64,000 nt of DNA from Hyphochytrium catenoides (Eukaryota > Protista > Hyphochytriomycota): positions 1 through 64,000 of the forward strand of contig FLMG01002348.1 of NCBI GenBank assembly GCA_900088475.1. The letters are read 5' to 3'. Shown one piece after another: positions 25,422 to 38,019 of the stretch (within the stretch, counting starts at the first letter, position 1; each line of letters opens with the position of its first letter). The notes below the pieces were generated by a model. That model was not told the origin of the DNA. It saw only the letters and a list, made by a program, of their open reading frames with translations, and did not search any database. The position numbers and the translations under genes are program-made.

Positions 25422-28400
25422 TTACTCCATATCCTCAAACATCTCGTCCTCCACTATCACAGGAGCTGCTTCCTGAACCGCTTCAGGAGCTGGCGCCTCT
25501 TGCTGAGCCAATAACTGGGAGGTGGTGGAGAAAGGAAGGGCATGTTATCCTCTAGTACGACCGAATCGATGGCCAAACCAGAAATACGCAAACGGGGCGT
25601 GTGGACTTTCTAGGAACGGATTGGACATCTGACGTCGTACGGCAATACAGTGTGAGATGAGGGCAACAAAGATGATTGGAAAGCAAAATGATGAGTCCAG
25701 TGTTCTTTACCGCTTTTGCTTGCGCTTCACTGACGTCCACGTCTGAATCTTCTCCCTTGGTTATCAGAGAGAGCTTCTCGTCTCCCACTTTGCTCCAAAG
25801 CTCCGAGAATTGTCGAGATGCGAAGCTTGTCCGCAGCTCATGTAGATAGTCATTGTAGGTACTGGAGAGCTTTGTCTAGAGGGCAAGCCAAAGAACGCTC
25901 AGAAGCAAGCTCAGGAAGAAAGAAATAAGAAGAGAGCTCTTAACCAGAAAAGGCTGAGCAGTCACGTGCACACGAATGTCATAGACTATGCAGTGGCGGT
26001 CGGAGAGTAGATACACGCCTCGGCAACTGTGAGGGGCTGATCACCTCCAGGCAGTGCTTCCTCAGACTCCTAAGGCAGTGTATGGCTTTGGGGAAGTACT
26101 CAGGGGCGATCTGAATCAGATTTCTTGCCATCTCTCCCATTTCGTAGATTGCTTTCTCCCTCAGCTCCGGTCTCTGAACCATAGTCTCGAAGTCTCTGAC
26201 TGGATTCATTGAACCCACAGAGGTGACTGATGAGTCTTTAAGGAGGGCACGGACATCCAGCTCCTGAGAGATAAAAAGACGCGAAGAGTAGTAGATAATC
26301 AATCCGTCAGGCTGTTGACTAATATCATGCGAAGAAAAGATGGGCTCAACAACTAAAACAAAAGTAAATACAAAATGAAGCCTTCCCTCAACTCACCTCA
26401 TCGGAGCTGTTCCTCTCGTCCTCTAGAAAGAAGTTGACCACCGACGATCATTCCAGCAAAATAAAGCGAGGAATGAAGCGTTAGAACACTCATCAGCCTT
26501 CTGAGCCATAATGTGATCTTTAGCATCAGGACCATGGTTTACCTTTCTCCTCCTTGCCTTCTTCTCTCTCGCTCCAGAATCGTTTCTTTTCTTTCTTCCT
26601 GTCCACAATGCTGAGTGGAAAGAGCGCTTCGATCTTGTTTACCAAGCCTTTCTCCAACTTCTTCTGAAGGTCATACCTGTTGGAAGTGGATAACGGACGG
26701 GCAGGGTAACAATGAGGGCTAATCCGACGGCTAATGCGGGACCACAAAGCTGCTGGCCACAGTTTCGTGAGAGTTACGAATCAGGGAAGTAGGTGATACC
26801 TTCCAAGGATATCTTGAGCTGGCGGTAAAGCCGCTTTGGGGTCTAGAGCCCTCTCAACTAGAAGTTGGTTGAACCTACTTATAACGGGGTTGTACAGGTG
26901 TTCGCATGGGGAGAAAAGGTCACCTCCACCCTCTCTGTCACTTTCCAGGCCTTTGTCATCGTGTCCTTTCTTTTCTCTCTTCGCCGGTGGTGGAAGATAT
27001 GACATTGACTCCACTAGCGATTCCATTGCGTGTACTTGTCCTGCATCCGGCTGGAGTTTGTGTCCTTCAAAGGAAGGAAATTTGTACCCGCGGATGTCTT
27101 CGAGAAGGGGAAGCTGGTTCAGTAAAAGACAGTCCACTCCTTCTGGGCAGGCCGGAGCGAGGAGAGGAGATAAAGCAACTATACGCACGTCCGCATTGGC
27201 CCGAGGCACAAAGCGAGCGACACCTAGGCTTTCGTCCAATTTCAAGGCTTGCACTAAAGCAGAAAGTGCACTTGCGGCAGCAGTATTGCCTTGATTAATA
27301 GCGGAGAATAGCGGGAGAAGAACGGAGAAGAGCATATAGGTGTTAGACCATCAACGCTTTAGGATGACACTGTCAAGGAATGACAGCTTTTCACAAAGGT
27401 GCAAGGGTCCATGACACCTTTTGCAGCCTAGAAGTCAACTTTACGTGTTCAACTGAGAATAAAGTCCTGTTGAAGTTCATACCTATTTCTGGCACAACCA
27501 TGTCTGCTCCAGAGATGAAGTGGTGTCGTGGGACCTGGGACCGGTTTACAAAACCCAGGAGCTGCAGGCATCGTTCTGTCTGATATTTTGATGTCGCCTC
27601 ATCGGAGGCAGAGAAAGGGACAAGCTGTTTTCCAAACTTGAAACCTTTTGCCTTGTCTTCTGGGCCTGCGCGAAGTCGGAGGCCAAAAGAGACTTCGTGA
27701 CTACAATCATAGCAAGCAGAAAGAAATCTCCAGCAACATGAAGAAAGCCATCCGGACACCGGAAGGAGCGACATCATAGCGCGTACACAGCGGAAGTTAT
27801 AGCTCACCTAGCACTTCGAGAGGATTGTCCGGATTTTTATAAATTCGGTCCATCTTCACTCCAGCTCCCTCGGATAGAGTCGACTCTTTCTTAAGACTAG
27901 GAAGGTACTCCTCTTTTGTCTTGGCATAGACATAGACGGGAATACCGCATTGACCACTAATCTCCAAATTTCCTGAAAGTTGACGTTGTTGGCATGGGTT
28001 CAACGTGGGAGGCGAGAGGAGAATTCTTTGAACATTAAGGCCACTTGACTTAAACTGTCAGAAGCAGCGCGTACCAATAACAGCTTTTGAGAGGAGACAC
28101 AGATTGGTGACAACATGACTAGGTAGTGGAACTCAAGCTAGTCATAGAGTTAAACAAACAGCACCGAAGTCCGGAAGGCTCTTTTCTATGATGCGGCATG
28201 TGTTTTACCTCTGAACTTAGTGACTTGCATAATAGTGCGACGTCTTTGTGCTGTCGCTAGTGCTAGCGCCTCGTCTATCCGCAGAAAGTTACCATTTCCT
28301 TGTTGCACCATTGTGCGTAAAAGCTCTTCATTCTCCCGCTAGAGTAAAAGCGCCGCAAAAGGTAGATATGTGAAACAGTCCCAAGCCAGGTGCAGAATCA

Positions 28401-29791
28401 ACCAAGCTATAGAAAGACGGTTCTATTGAGAAGAGGTCCAACCCAAGCCCAAGACGTGAAGAACAAAGTTCGTCAAGAACTCTAATGCAAGGACAGCACA
28501 ATAAGTAGAGGTCCCAACTTCTGTAGAACCTTGATGGCGAGATCATCCTGGGCTTCGATAGATCCGTCCTCTAGAACCTTTTCCGCGAAATCAATGCCTC
28601 TTAGAACATAAGGAGCGTTAGAAAGAAAAATTGGCGATCATAGTCCAATGCAAGGATTGAACGGCATGAGCCGATGTCTAAACACTTGAGTGCCGTAAGT
28701 ACTAAGGGGCCGACAATGAGCCCAAGTGAGACTTGACTCACATGAGATTGAACTCTGTTCCACTGTCCACGATATTTCCCAGGACGGCGTCTGCCTCGTC
28801 CATCCCTGCCAGCTGAAGTATGGGGTTCAAATGCCATAAAGGTGCCAGTGCAGACGAGGTAAAGGTGGGTGACAATAGGGCAGCAATGACAAGAGAGGCA
28901 AAACGCACAAGCTCTTCGAGTGCAGTCATGGCAAGTAGTTTAGCCGTCGTCAACAGTCTAGCTAAACAGTCGCTTATCTCTACTTACAGGTGATGCACCG
29001 TCCGTGATAAGAAAGAGATGCTTCGTATACTTCTTTTTCCCGACCTTCCGGTGCAGAAGGTCCAATGCTACGATTATGCCATCGAGTACATCTCCCTATA
29101 TGAACTGCCGTCAACTTAGACTCTCAAGAGTACAAGCAGAACCAAGAGAAAGAAAGTGGGGAATGAGTCTTTAACTGCGTCAACGGCGAGAAGAGCACAC
29201 AAGGGGAGTGATGGTTGTCTATAGTCGAACTCACTGTTTGCTTGCTGCTTTCAATCTCTTCCAGCCCGCGTATTGTCTCCAGACTCGATGGTTCAATATC
29301 ATTCTTGACAACAACATTCTGGTATTCGTCCTCCCCAACCTCCAGATTAAGCTGGTTATCCGTCTCTAAGCACAAGCGTTAGTCCTTGAGGCTCTACTTA
29401 TACAAACCAAATCGCAATGGTAGAAGAAGTCTCACCATCTGCGCCGAAGAGGACAATCCCAACTTCATCTCGCTTGCTGAAGACGAGCTACCAGGTAGAG
29501 AGATGGATGAATTGTGAACTCAAATAGAATTGCGTGCGTCTTATGGCAGAATCCGGCCATGAAGCTCAATAAAATGCACCTTTTGAGTCAGGAAAGCCTT
29601 GAGAAACTTTTTGGCAATGCCAACTCGTGTCTCCTTCTCATCGCTCAACAGGCGCTCGCCCATGGAGGTAGATACATCGACCAAGCAGACAATGGCCTCC
29701 TACGATCAGAAGAATTTCTGGTGAAATGGACCTATCTATACAAAGCATTCTAAACTCCCATCCATTTGCAAACCTTAGCTCGATTGCCCAT
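25422..29791 (-). CDS. KU80: Ku80 (XRCC5) NHEJ DNA end-binding subunit, multi-exon
   Basis: vWA start MGNRAKEAIVCLVDVSTSMG, VGIVLFGAD and TDNQLN. Core KGFKFGKQLVPFS, CLQLLGFV, LGVARFVPR, LNQLPLLEDIRGYKFPSF and YNPVISRF. Ku-PK-binding C-terminus SVGSMNPVRDFETM, KAIHCLRSLR, LSLITKGEDSDVDVSEAQA, ending EDEMFEDME with TAA at 25422-25424. Confidence 0.93.
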
Positions 29792-30792
29792 AGCTCTAGA
29801 CGCGGAGCCTAGAGAGCCCGTCACAGCTCCCCCACAGCTTCTCTATATAATCAATAGAAAGGCGGTTGAAGCCTTCTTCCAAAGGCTCAGCACCGGATCT
29901 GCGTTTCTCGTGCCGCGACGGCCCTTGCACGTACTATCCCACCATAACTCAGAGCTTCATTATCGCCGAAGGGATAGAACTATGGATGCTCCCTGGATCC
30001 TCCTCACGCAACAAAGATTTTTTATAGATTCGGAGATTCGCATGCCGTTTATTGATACGAAGTTATGAGAAAGATGTAGAAAGATCTTCAACTCTAATGA
30101 CGGGAGCCAGGCCAGACCTGACCCAGGAATGTCGCTTAAACGTTCTCTAATGGGTTTCTCTGCCATGCGCTTTCCACAAACTTGACACCTGGGCAATGTA
30201 AGGCCATCTTGTCTGAAAATTTAACCGCCTTGCAGTGGTGATGGTCCTATAATTGTCTCAAGGCTAATCCAACTCACAGCTGACTTCAGTTATCGCGGTA
30301 TGGTAATCAAGCGGGACATGTAACGTCGTCTACTCGTAAGTAAAATAAAAGACTGCTGGGGAAAGCTTCAGTGATAAAACCGATGCTGGTACTTTTCCCC
30401 GCTCATAGGAGAAAGAAGTCAGGCCCTTTTCAGAAGTTTTCCCGGCTGGAACTCTCCAGCTTGAAGCAATAGAATCAGAGCCCGACTGATACCCAACATC
30501 CCACTATGATCACAGCCCGATCAACAAGTCTGTGCCGGCAGCATTAATCTCATGGACGGACTTCACGTTATATGCTCGTCAAAGCGTGCCACCATGATCC
30601 TTGAGTGAAGCTCTCCTTAGGGATCCATTTGAAATCCACGTTGCCAACCCCACGTCTGATTCTGATTGATGCGGGTCGATACATTTGGTGAAAGGGGGCA
30701 GATTCTGCCTTCCGATGAATGAGACGATAATGCACAAGCCATACTACCTCCAGTAGGGTCAAGAAAATCGCACCGGACGGGTCTATTGTGCC

Positions 30793-33700
30793 ATGAGCAA
30801 GCTCTCGGCTTTCCTTTCTAGAACTCCTAACTCACAGGGTAAAATCAACCTCTCCTCACCGAGATCGGATGGAGGCCACTCTCCAGCAGAGTTGTCTACT
30901 AGCAAGTACTCGATAAACAATGGGCCCAAGGTCCGAGAAATCGGGTCTGACCAACCTGGTATGCCACGGCTATTTCAAAAGTGGATTACGAAGCAGTCTC
31001 TCTCTCTGATTCTAATCTCTAGATCTGCATTCTTGCCTCACGTACATAGTTGCTGCTCCGACCTTTTCACCATCATCTTGATGATCCGTTCAAATAGGAT
31101 CTGATGTCATTCAACTTCAAGTGCCCAATGGCAATGCCTGCGAGAAAGCGTTTGTGGGTGCGCACGGACGAACATGTCCAAGGGTCAAAGCGCTAGCGGA
31201 GAGAAGGCGGTCGGGTATGACTTGGCACGCTTCCTTTCCTCTTACTGTATGCTGTACGCTGGGAGGGCTGTTCTATACCAAACATCTCGAAATATGCTTT
31301 TCCTTGTGTCCATTCGTTGGTGCCTGTTGTGGGAAGGCATTTCCTGCCAAAGCGACTTGACGCCAAGATGTCTGACCTAGATCGGGAGACATTCTATCCG
31401 AGATACCTATTGTGGCCGCGGTGGGGCTCCACACGTTTGAACTACTATTTCGCTGCTAACTGAGCTCTCGAAAATGTTTGGGATTGTCATCATCTCCTCC
31501 TACCTCCGTTGTTTGCTCTTCGAACATACAGCGAGCTGGGTGGACCCAGGACTGGTTGCCCAGTTCAAGGGTGTGGCTCAGCTGACCGTTCGTAACAATG
31601 AGGGTGGTGAAGAGACTGGAAGGGCAAGAGGCCGATCCCTATCTGCCCCTTACCTTTTAGAACGAGGGAATGCCTGCGAATCGCAGGTGGAAAGAAGGGA
31701 CTGGATGAAGGTTGAAGCTATTGAAGACCTCTTTGCGCGGCAAGGAAGACTTCTGGTACCTCGTGCGGCATTCTGCTTTTTGAACTTTGACCCTTGCGTT
31801 TCGCGAATGGTAGATGTTTGACGCTTGTCTTCGCGGCGCTTCTCCGCAGCTCCATGATTTCTTCCCACATTTGCCCTTCTCTCTCACCACTCCCAAGTTC
31901 TCGGCGGTTCTTAAGTGAAGACTTCCTTTCCCGTCTTTTCGTATCAGGTGGAAGATGCACTTTCATTGATAAAACAAGCGACAGAATTGCTCCAAAGTGA
32001 GCAAAATGTACTGCAGATAGAGGCGCCCGTAGTAGGTCAGAAAGCGCTCTCTCTCTTTCCTCCTCCCTTCGGATACCTCCTTTCCTAAAGTAGTTTCCGG
32101 TACAGCGGCAATGGTCGGCCTCAGGTTTTGCAGATCTTGCACTCGGGTCGTCGTCTTTTCTACCACTAGTGCTGTCAGTTCTCTTGATCCCTAATCTATG
32201 CACCTTGCCGTCCTAGTATGTGGGGACATCCATGGCCAATACTTTGACTTGCTGGAGATTTTCAGGATAGCGGGGCGTCCTCCAGCAACTAAATTGCTGT
32301 TTTTGGGAGACTACGTTGGTGAGTGCGAAAGATTAAAATGACTGAACTCCTTGACCTCGTTTCTTTTTTGGCTTTCCAGCTTCCTTACCACGCTCTCTTT
32401 TTGGGCGTCTTCTCTTACCACCCTCCTCAAAGCTCGTTCTCATCCGTTGTTCTGTCCAAGCTTTTTTCTCTCCTACATGAATCCCAAGCGTCGGTGCTCC
32501 ACCGCCTGTTCCACCTTCTGATATTCGCTCTATTTGTCTACGTCTGGTTTTGATCATCCGTACCTCTCCAGACCGCGGTAACTTCTCGTGTGAGGTCTTT
32601 CTTCATCTATTAGCTTTAAAGCTCCAATATCCCTCTCATATCTTCCTTTTGAGAGGAAATGATGAGGGTAGAAGCGTTTCTTCAGTATTCGGGTTCAAGG
32701 ACGAATGTGAGTACTCGTCAACGCGAGGAGGAGTCAAAAGCAAAGTCGAGCTTGGAAGGAGCCTTTCCCGCTCGTAGTGCTGACGCTTCTCTTCGTGACT
32801 TAGCGTAACCTTTCCCATCACTTCGGATGAGCCTGTTGCATTTTTTAGGGGAATCCATGTCAGCTTTATCGCTCCAGCTCTCTATTTACAGCTCCTATCA
32901 TGTCCTCATTGTGTACCGAAATATGGGTCTCGCCCTGTCACTTACTTTCTGGTCTGTCTGCAGGTAAGATGAAATATGGTTTGCAGGTATTCAATCGTGC
33001 AGTGTACTGCTTCGATACGCTCCCGTTGGGGGCCGTGGTCATCACAGATTACGGAAGGTTCCTTTGTCTACATGGCGGTCTGTCACCAGGTAATGGGTTA
33101 TTAGCGTCGGCGATAACAAGCAAGGACCACTTCCAAAGGCTGAGTTGTCAATCTCTTAGACATTACAGAATTGTCTCAAATTGAGGACATAAATAGGGAA
33201 CAAGAGCCAGACACTAGCGGACCTCTCTGCGATCTCCTATGGGCCGACCCTATCAAAGACGGTAAGCAGAACTAAAGAGGGTGCCAGAGTGAAAGTTGGG
33301 GCAGAAAGAGGTTCAAAGGGCAACTTGATTAAGACAGCAACGGAAATCAATAGAAGAAGCACACTCTCTAAGTAGTTCTGCATAAAGTGTTCTTCTGCTA
33401 GGGAAGTCTCTTCGTCTTGCTAGAACCGCCGCCGGCCCCTTACCTCTAACTCTTGACAAGTTTAATAGCCATATCCCCTTCCTCCTGTACTAGACCAAGT
33501 GGTACATATGGAGGACAATCAAGTCGAGGACTTTCTGAATTTGCAATGGCTACCAAACGCGGTACGAATGTTAGAAGGTTCTTACGTCCTAGGTCGCCTC
33601 TTTCTTAATTGCTGTTCGACTTTCCGGTCATCTCCATGACGATGCTTCGGTTGCTATTCCAATCGATAGCTAGACAACGGATCGGCGGACAATTCTCGCT

Positions 33701-36700
33701 CTTGTACCTCTCTTAGACTATTTTGGCTGTTACCTTAACTCTTGCTGCGACAGTCAACGTTCTATGAGAATTAGAGGGAGAGTCTCCTTGATGTGGCCAT
33801 TCCCTTCTCTATAAGGTTTTCTAATCGTTTCTGAAACTCCTTTCAAGAGCCGTGGCTGTTCTTATATGTTCGGCTATGACGTACTGGAACGCTTTCTCCT
33901 TGCAAATGGTCTGGTGGGGGTCATAAGAGCGCACGAGGTGTGTTTTCGTCGTCCATTCTCTCTCAGCCCTCATCCTCCTCTACTTCTGCTTCATGTATCG
34001 GGCCCAGGCTTCCGTTTAAGAAGCTGTATCTAACGAGCTGAGGCCGACGCCTCCGACACTTGCGCAGGTACAGGAGGAAGGCTATTATAGCCATTTTGAT
34101 TCGCGAAAGCTACCTTTGGACGTGAGAGCGATTCCTCCGTTAATCACAATTTTCTCGGCACCTAATTACTGCGGAAAGTATGGCAACAAGGTGTGTAGCA
34201 TGTTTTCCCCTTCAGGTGATGTTTTAGTCTCAGAATCCTTCTGGTTCTGTCTGCTTCTCTATGAATTATTTTCACTGTTGCCATTGATTACGGTCATGGA
34301 TGGCGTTCATTCTGAACTCCTTTCTCTAGGCTGCGGTTTTGAAAGTAGGTCGGACAGTCCCGGAGTTTCAGTTTATTCAATTCCAGTCTACCTCCCATCC
34401 GGACCCTATACCTGTTCCGAAGTGAGTGCATGCATGCAAGCTATGTCAACCGCCCTTTGGTTGTCTCTCCGATGCCCAGAATGGCAAATCACCTCATGCT
34501 GTAATTCGTCACATTTTCTTGTCGCTTCCCACCAAGTAAGCTACCCTTGTACCTCTGCTCCGTTGCTAGCCTTTGGGTCACGCTGTCGGTATCCGAGTTT
34601 GAGTCTGATCAAGTCGCTCAACTTGGTCGCTCACCTGTTGGTCCTGTGGACATGTCATGCGTGCTCTGACTGACGAGCTCTATCAATCATTTTGCAGTCA
34701 GGCTGAGGCCACACAGAGCTATCTGGAGAGAACCCTTCCATATATGCCCACAACTTTTCGCCTTCTCTTGCGTGCTACCCAAGAACTAGGTCCACCTACT
34801 ATTGGGGAGGACATGGGCAGCTTTGACGCAAATGAAGAAGTGCTAGACAACAATGACGCCTCGGCAAGGGTTGTCGAAGACTTGGAGGGTAAGCTACTGG
34901 ACAACTACTATGACGAAGGGCAGGAGTGTAAGCATTTTGCCCGCAAGCAGACTTGTTCGGTTGCGATAAGGAAGAAGGGAACCAAACAAAAGCTGGGGAG
35001 GAGCAAGATAACCTCAGCTCTTCGAGGGCTGGGTATGACGGTATGGCACTCCTTCTTGTTCATGCGCCCTTCTCTGACAGCTGCCACAACGACCTCTTCT
35101 GTGCTGTCGATGGTCTGGTGAGTCTCGCACTTATTCGTGGCGGTTTTGTTCGGTTCCTACCGTCTTTCGGCTTTCGCCAATTGACTGCCGCAGGAACCAC
35201 TATTAAATTCATTTACAGATCTCCAGTCCAAATATCGAGAAGCTGCGCGAAGTGACGTGTTGAATGAAATGAACCCAACCGTCATTGAACAGAGACTCAA
35301 GGTAGGGTCAAGAAGGGCTTAACTGGAAAGGGCCATTTATAGATTATGTTCACTAAAGGGAGAAGAGGATAAAAGGAGAGATGGTGGCGTAGGGTTTTGA
35401 CACCGTGCCTCTTAGCATGCAAGTATTGGTTCTGAGCTGGAGTTTGTGACGGAAGAAATGAATCTTGCGCAGAGTAAGGGATATCCTCTTAGAGGAATAT
35501 GATCCAATTCCTAGATGAGTTTGTTCAAGTGCTCTTTGTCAACACTGGTTCATCCTCGCACCTATCTACCAGCTACCATCCCAAGACATCTTTTTTGTTG
35601 GAACCTGAGAAGCTTCCCATAATAGGTTACCGGGGTCTTGTACTTCTAATTTCCCCTCTTGGGTTTCGCTTCTTGACTTCATGGTGTTTGTCTCTTCCCT
35701 TCTCCTTTTGACGACATGCTATTCTCCGTGCTCACAAATGTGAAACGCACTGCATTCGAAACGCTTTAGTGCTCTCTAAAGGGGCGTTTGGTCGTATTCA
35801 GCGTGGCGAGTCTTCAGTGGTCCTGCAGCGGTTGGCTGATATAGAAAGCTGTAAGATGAGAAAGCAGCATGCGCTCTCGCGAGATCTCTCTCCTCCTGAA
35901 CTCCAAGAACGCACAGTTCATCTATCAGAGCTCAGAAAGAAATGGGAGACAATAGGTGAGTCTTGGCAGCTCTGGTGCAGAGTCTTTAGTGCGATAAATA
36001 GTCGTGGCCAGCGTCCTGTCAGGAGGCCTAAGAGAAAGGAAAGGATACAATAGTTCACCTAAAAGACTGGAAATTAGCCAGACAGACAGAAAAGCTTGGA
36101 CACCAGACAGTAAGAAGCAAAAAAGAGAAGCGAAAGTGTCAGATGCCGCTACTTAACAGCACGAAGTGAGATACCCTAGGAGCGAGGGGATTGGCTGACC
36201 TTCAGGACGCCACGTTTATTGCCTAGCGTTAGGTCAGATTAGAGCGGAAACAGGTATTCGCAGAGAGTTAAGCATATGTGGGCAGAGGCTAGGCGGAAAG
36301 GACCGTGGAAGACAAAGCTCTCAAGCTGATATTTCACTTAATGCTTACCTCGTCTTGTCTTCTTCCTGAACCATCCGCAATCTGTGTCATGCAGCGCAAG
36401 ATCGGGTCCAGAGAAAGCCGTCAGGACAAACAAGAAGAGATTCTCTGGATCAGCTTCGAGCTGAGAGACATCTAAAAGACCTCAGAGAGAGATTTGAGCC
36501 CTCAGATGTCAAGCGTAACCCTTCACCCTCCGTTCCCAGGCATAGCAGTCCGTCTACCAGGGCTACGGGTAGGAAAGGTAGCCATAAGCAGAGCACCAGA
36601 GAGGTTAGTGTGCCATTCTATTAGGACACTTTCCCTTTGTTGTCAAAGGCATTTTCTCTATCTATACTCCCTCATCCTCAAAATGCCCAATGGCCAAGCC

Positions 36701-37481
36701 CAGACTGCGGGATAACCAAACCTAGGCTAGCGATATCAAGCTTCCCGTCTTACCTCTTTTCTCCCTATATCGATCATCCCCCTTCCTTCAGCTGTGGCCT
36801 TCACTCGTCGCCTCTACATCATACTCGACACTACTCCTTGTTAAGTCCACTACTTCCATCATTGCTTGCGAGTACTTAGTTTCCTGGTGGCACTCATTAA
36901 CAAAATTGGACGGCTTTCTTGGACAGGCACCGAGACCTTTGTCCGCACTCTCGTCCTGCCCTGGCCCTTCTCCAATCTTCACTTCTGAAGAGCTGGTCGG
37001 ACTGAAACTTCTCTTTGTGGTGCTGGATCGGTCGGGCAATGACTCCATCACCACTGAAGAGCTCGCAGCCTTTGCCGAAGAGACAGGTCTACAATAGCCA
37101 AATTTATTCTCCATCTGCAATACGGCGGATTTGCGCCTTGCCACTTCCCTTTGGAAGAAGCGGTTGTCAGCGATCCTTGCTCTAGCCGTCACAAGTTTTT
37201 TCCAGTCTCCTTGCCACGTCGTAATCTGTATATTCCTCGTTACCCTCCTCGTTGCATACATTAGTAACTTCATCCTTGCATCAGCCCTATAGGTTTGTTT
37301 GATTTCCGATATGGTTTCTAATCAGTCTTCCTCTCTAGGGTCTATTGCTGACCACACTGCGGTGGAAGCTTGCATGACAGCCCTGGATGCAGACTGCGAT
37401 GGTCAAATAGGGTTCGAGGACTACTTGCAATTTGCCGCGAGGTTGAAAGACATGCACATGCGCCGACAGGAAAGGTCCTAG
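30793..37481 (+). CDS. Calcineurin-A (PP2B)-like PPP phosphatase with C-terminal EF-hand pair; catalytic GNHE reads GNDE
   Basis: Exons give [80 protein letters not shown], an AID-like [15 protein letters not shown], and EF loops [12 protein letters not shown] and [12 protein letters not shown]. Stop TAG at 37479-37481. The 5' exons are less certain. Confidence 0.88.
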
Positions 37482-38019
37482 AGGCAGAAGCAGCAAGGAC
37501 TGTCGCATTCTCAAAATAGGAGAGGCGTACATTTCGTGCTGTGGCTCTTCAGATATCTGCCAAGGTTCACATATACTGCTCAGTATACGTGCTGAGAAAA
37601 TTGTGAGACGTCTTCTTCGGACTCTTCCCCTGTCTTACAGAACTTTCAATGAGCGTCCAACGCTAGCTCTTATTCGAATGCCCGGATGAGTAATGGATGG
37701 TCCATCTCCGCACACCCTTCCTCCTCCATTAGCTACCATAGGTCGCCTAAGACAGCTACAGCTGTGTCTCAGGTCCACCTACTCCTCATCTTGCTTTCCA
37801 TTAGAGTTATAGGACAGGTATCTATATAGATCAGTCGAAGAGGCAGATTAAGAAAGGTCATTCCATTTATCAATATGTTACTACCATAGAACCAGGATCA
37901 TAAGTAGAAGAGAGGAGGAGGAAGCCTGGCACCGCCACATGCCCTAAATAGATCACCCAAGAAAGTATAGCGCAGGACACATTATCTCTTCCTTTGCTCT
38001 GAAGAACTTGCTACAATTG

